Shown piece after piece: positions 60,934 to 64,000 of a stretch of DNA of 64,000 nucleotides; within the stretch, counting starts at the first letter, position 1, and each line of letters opens with the position of its first letter. The stretch covers positions 64,001-128,000 of the forward strand of contig CAVXJS010000019.1 of assembly GCA_963762145.1 (NCBI GenBank). Reading direction: 5' to 3'. The notes under the pieces were generated by a model. That model did no database searches and had not been told where the DNA came from. It saw nothing but the letters and a program-made list of their open reading frames with translations. Origin of the DNA: an uncultured Candidatus Rokubacteria bacterium. GTDB taxonomy: Bacteria; Methylomirabilota; Methylomirabilia; Rokubacteriales; CSP1-6. A program made the position numbers and the translations under genes.

Positions 60934-62401
60934 TGGGGAGCGGCGTGGTGACCGCGCCCCGGCACGCCGCGGCCACGTAGGGCGCCAGGCGCCCGGCCAG
61001 AGCCCAGGCGTCCGCGGCGCGCTCGCGGTGGCGGTCGGCCGCTTCCTGGGCGCGCGCGTAGATCTTGCTCTCGTCCACCGTGGTCACGCGGCCCTGCTCG
61101 AGCACCACGCGCCCGTCCACCAGGACCGTGTCCACGCTGGCTCCCGTCTCGGCATAGACCAGCGCCTTCACCGGGTCCGCGAGGGGACGGAGGAAGATCG
61201 AGTCGGTTCGCAGGAGCACGAGATCGGCCTTGCGGCCCGGCGCGAGCGCGCCCAGGTCTCCGGGCTGGCCCATGACGCGCGCGGTGCCCGAGGTGACCAG
61301 GCTCCAGACCGTATCGGCGTCCAGCCAGCGGGCGGTCTCGTGCGGGAACCGCACGGTGCTGATGATCGAGGCGATGCGGAGGGCCTCGAAGAGGTTCTGG
61401 TTGTCGGCGCAGGTCGAGCCGTCGGTCCCGAGGCCCACCGCCAGGCCCCGGTCGAGCATCTCGCGCACCGGCGCGATGCCCGCGCCCAGGCGGAGGTTGC
61501 TGCCGGGATTGTGGGCCACCGCGGCGCCCGCATCGGCCAGCATCCGCAGATCGGCGTCGTCCAGCCAGATGGAGTGCGCGCCCACGAAGCCGGGGCCGAG
61601 CACGCGGTGGTCGGCCAGCCGGGCCACGATGCTCTTGCCCCAGCGCCGCCGGCTCTCGACCACCTGGACCTTGGACTCGGCCAGATGGGTGTGGATGCCG
61701 ACCCCGTACTCCCGTGAGAGCGCGGCGCAGCCGTCGAGCAGCTCGTCCGTGGCCTGGTTCGGGATGGTGGGCGCGGCCGCCACCCGGATCCGCCCCTCGG
61801 CGCTGCCGTGCCAGCGGCGGATGGCCCGCTCGGTCAGGTCGAGCAGGCCCTTGGTGGGCGCGGGCCGGATATCCTCGACCGTCCGGCGCAGGTCCGGGGG
61901 CAGGAGGTCGCTCAGACCGGGGACGGTCTGGTAGAAGACGATGTCCGCGACCGCGGGGGCCAGCACCACGCGGACCCCGACGTCGGTGTAGGCCTGCACC
62001 ACCGCCGCGAAGGTCTCGTCGGTGATCGCGGGCACCGCGATGTAGAGATCGTAGGCCCCGGTGCAGCCCGTCTTGAGCATCTCGATGGCGCCGATGGCCG
62101 CCGAGAGGTACTCGTCGTCCGGCGTGCGAAATCCAGAGTTTGCGGGCGAGTAGGTCAGCAGGTCCTCGAGCGTGAAGCTGCCGACCCGTCCGCGGGCGAG
62201 ATGGCTGGCCGCGTGGGTGTGGGCATTGCCCATCCCGGGGAGCACGATGCGGTCGGCGGCCTCGATCACCCGGGCGCCGGGCGGAGCCGTCAGGCCCGGT
62301 CCCATGGCGGCGATACGGTCGCCCTCGATGAGCACGTCCGCCCGCTGGAGCCCCGCCGGTGATCCTGCCAGGACCTGACCGCCGCGAATCAGGGTCGTCA
62401 T
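60899..62401 (-). CDS. Amidohydrolase (cytosine/MTA-SAH deaminase, chlorohydrolase subgroup)
   Basis: NAHTH, HTHLAES, AHSIW, HNPGSN, GTDG. Confidence 0.92.
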   Translation of the reverse strand: MTTLIRGGQVLAGSPAGLQRADVLIEGDRIAAMGPGLTAPPGARVIEAADRIVLPGMGNAHTHAASHLARGRVGSFTLEDLLTYSPANSGFRTPDDEYLSAAIGAIEMLKTGCTGAYDLYIAVPAITDETFAAVVQAYTDVGVRVVLAPAVADIVFYQTVPGLSDLLPPDLRRTVEDIRPAPTKGLLDLTERAIRRWHGSAEGRIRVAAAPTIPNQATDELLDGCAALSREYGVGIHTHLAESKVQVVESRRRWGKSIVARLADHRVLGPGFVGAHSIWLDDADLRMLADAGAAVAHNPGSNLRLGAGIAPVREMLDRGLAVGLGTDGSTCADNQNLFEALRIASIISTVRFPHETARWLDADTVWSLVTSGTARVMGQPGDLGALAPGRKADLVLLRTDSIFLRPLADPVKALVYAETGASVDTVLVDGRVVLEQGRVTTVDESKIYARAQEAADRHRERAADAWALAGRLAPYVAAACRGAVTTPLPINRFAAPTPTS

Positions 62402-62411
62402 GGCCGCCTCC

Positions 62412-63026
62412 TCAGACCGCCCCGGAGCCGGACAGGGGCCGGGCGGCCGCATCGTCGTCGAGATGGGTGGCGCAGTTGAGCAGCTGCACGCGCCACGGAG
62501 CAGGGTGCTCGACAATCGTGAGCGCGGTGTTCTCCCAGCGCTCGGGGACCTCCTCGCCGTCGGGCAGGATCAGGTGGCGGGCGGCCAGCGAGCGGCAGAC
62601 CAGCCCGTGGGTCACGACCGCCAGATGCCCGCCGGTGCCCGCGGCACGCTCCTGGATCAGCTTCCAGGCCCGGTCCACCCGCGCGTGGAACACCTCCCAG
62701 GTCTCCCCGTTGGGCGGCGCGTAGTCGAGCGCGAACATGTCGAAGCCGAGGCTGGCGTAGGGCGTGCCGCGGATGTCGCCGAAGTTGCGCTCCTGGAGCA
62801 GGGGATCGTGGAGGACCGGGAGGCCGGTGACGCGGGCCAGCCACTCCGCGGTCTGCGCGGCGCGCGCGTAGTCGCTCGCCAGGATGGCGCCGATTCCCTC
62901 GCGCTCGAGCCGGCGCGCCAGCCGCTCGGCCTGGGCGATGCCGCGGGGGGAGAGCGGGTTGTCGGGAAGCTGCACGGTGCGCGAGGCGTTGCCGAGCGTC
63001 TCGCCGTGCCGGATCAGGAAGATCAG
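62412..63026 (-). CDS. Histidine phosphatase (phosphoglycerate mutase family); start uncertain, possibly CTG
   Basis: LIRHGE lies upstream of the tracked start; SDYARAAQT, LQERNFG, VTHG. Confidence 0.88.
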   Translation of the reverse strand: MIFLIRHGETLGNASRTVQLPDNPLSPRGIAQAERLARRLEREGIGAILASDYARAAQTAEWLARVTGLPVLHDPLLQERNFGDIRGTPYASLGFDMFALDYAPPNGETWEVFHARVDRAWKLIQERAAGTGGHLAVVTHGLVCRSLAARHLILPDGEEVPERWENTALTIVEHPAPWRVQLLNCATHLDDDAAARPLSGSGAV

Positions 63027-64000
63027 ATCACGCTCTCGCCGCGCAGACCCTGGATGTCCGCCGGGCTGTAGCCGAGGCCCGCGAGGATCTCGGCGCTGTG
63101 CTGGCCGAGCTTCGGCGCGGCTCGCCGCACCGCCACGTCGCTGGCCGACAGGCGGATCGGGGTGCGGATATGCGGCACGCGGCCCAGCTCGGCGTCATCC
63201 GCGTGGACCACCATCTCGCGGTGCTGTACCTGAGGGTCGGAGAAGAGCTGCTCGTAGTTGTACACGGGCCCGCAGGGCACGCCCGCGTCGTCGAGCACCT
63301 TGGTCCAGTGCGAGGTCGGCGCGGTCGCCAGCACCGCGGTGATCTCCTTCTCGAGCGCGAAGCGGTTCTTCCGCCGCTCGGGGGACCGGGCGAAGCGCGG
63401 GTCCTCGAGCCACTCCGGATGGCCGAGCGCGCGGGCGCAGCGCTGCCAGATGGACTGGCCGGCGGCCCCGATCATCATGTAGCCGTCCTTGGTCTCGAAG
63501 CGCTGGTAGGGCGCGTTCTGCCGGTGGCGCGAGCCCATGCGGACGGGCTCGACGTGGTCGGCCAGCCAGCCCGCGCTGGTCCACGAGGAGAAGCCGACCG
63601 CGGTCTCCAGCAGCGAGCACTCGACCTTCTGCCCCTGGCCGGTGCGCTGGCGCTCGTAGAGCGCGGCCAGCACCCCCTGCGCGCCCCACATGCCGGTGCC
63701 GAGATCGCAGATCGGCAGGCCCACCGAGGTGGGCGGGCCGTCGGGCTCGCCGGTGACGTGCATGATGCCGCCCATGCCCTGGGCGATGAGGTCGAAGCCG
63801 CCCTTCTCCCGGTACGGGCCGTCGGAGCCGAAGCCGGAGAGCTGGGCGTAGATCAGGCGGGGATTCACCTGCCTGAGCGTGTCCCAGCCGAGCCCGGCCC
63901 GGTCCATGACGGTGGGGCGGTAGTTCTCTACCAGCACGTCCATGGCGGGGATCAGCTTGAGGAAGATCTCGCGGCCGCGGGCGCCCTTGTAGTCGAGCGT
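63023..64000 (-). CDS. CaiB/BaiF family III CoA-transferase (5' end outside the window)
   Basis: DVLVENYRP, SGFG..GP, FDLIAQG, APKLGQH. Confidence 0.92.
   Translation of the reverse strand, partial: TLDYKGARGREIFLKLIPAMDVLVENYRPTVMDRAGLGWDTLRQVNPRLIYAQLSGFGSDGPYREKGGFDLIAQGMGGIMHVTGEPDGPPTSVGLPICDLGTGMWGAQGVLAALYERQRTGQGQKVECSLLETAVGFSSWTSAGWLADHVEPVRMGSRHRQNAPYQRFETKDGYMMIGAAGQSIWQRCARALGHPEWLEDPRFARSPERRKNRFALEKEITAVLATAPTSHWTKVLDDAGVPCGPVYNYEQLFSDPQVQHREMVVHADDAELGRVPHIRTPIRLSASDVAVRRAAPKLGQHSAEILAGLGYSPADIQGLRGESVI

Overview
A very GC-rich bacterial chromosome segment. Gene content (many orphan ABC substrate-binding proteins, CaiB/BaiF transferases, amidohydrolases) suggests a Ca. Rokubacteria-like soil organism, but this is inference. 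Many genes are split by single-base indels, densest in the first ~17 kb and probably long-read errors. In order, the window holds a dpp/opp-type ABC operon; an orphan dnaA (no dnaN/recF/gyrB or rpmH, no consensus DnaA boxes); a ~8.8 kb cyclic beta-1,2-glucan synthase gene (cgs/ndvB); cspA; a MoxR-DUF58 operon; many hydrolases; one intact IS481-family element with a GCTAGC target duplication; an IorAB-like molybdoenzyme; an NYN-LOTUS protein; and CoA-transferase/HMG-CoA lyase genes. The most striking unexplained feature is two clusters of small genes on either side of cgs (6.5-9.4 kb and 18.5-20.5 kb). Both contain paralogues of the same three uncharacterised families: a CxxC..CxxC Zn/HTH-like protein, a single beta-blade microprotein and a ribbon-helix-helix-like domain. 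Both share the layout <-blade | promoter | X-> Zn->, with X = DnaA in one copy and X = an RHH protein behind a ~20% GC island in the other. Several genes, including dnaA, appear to be leaderless.
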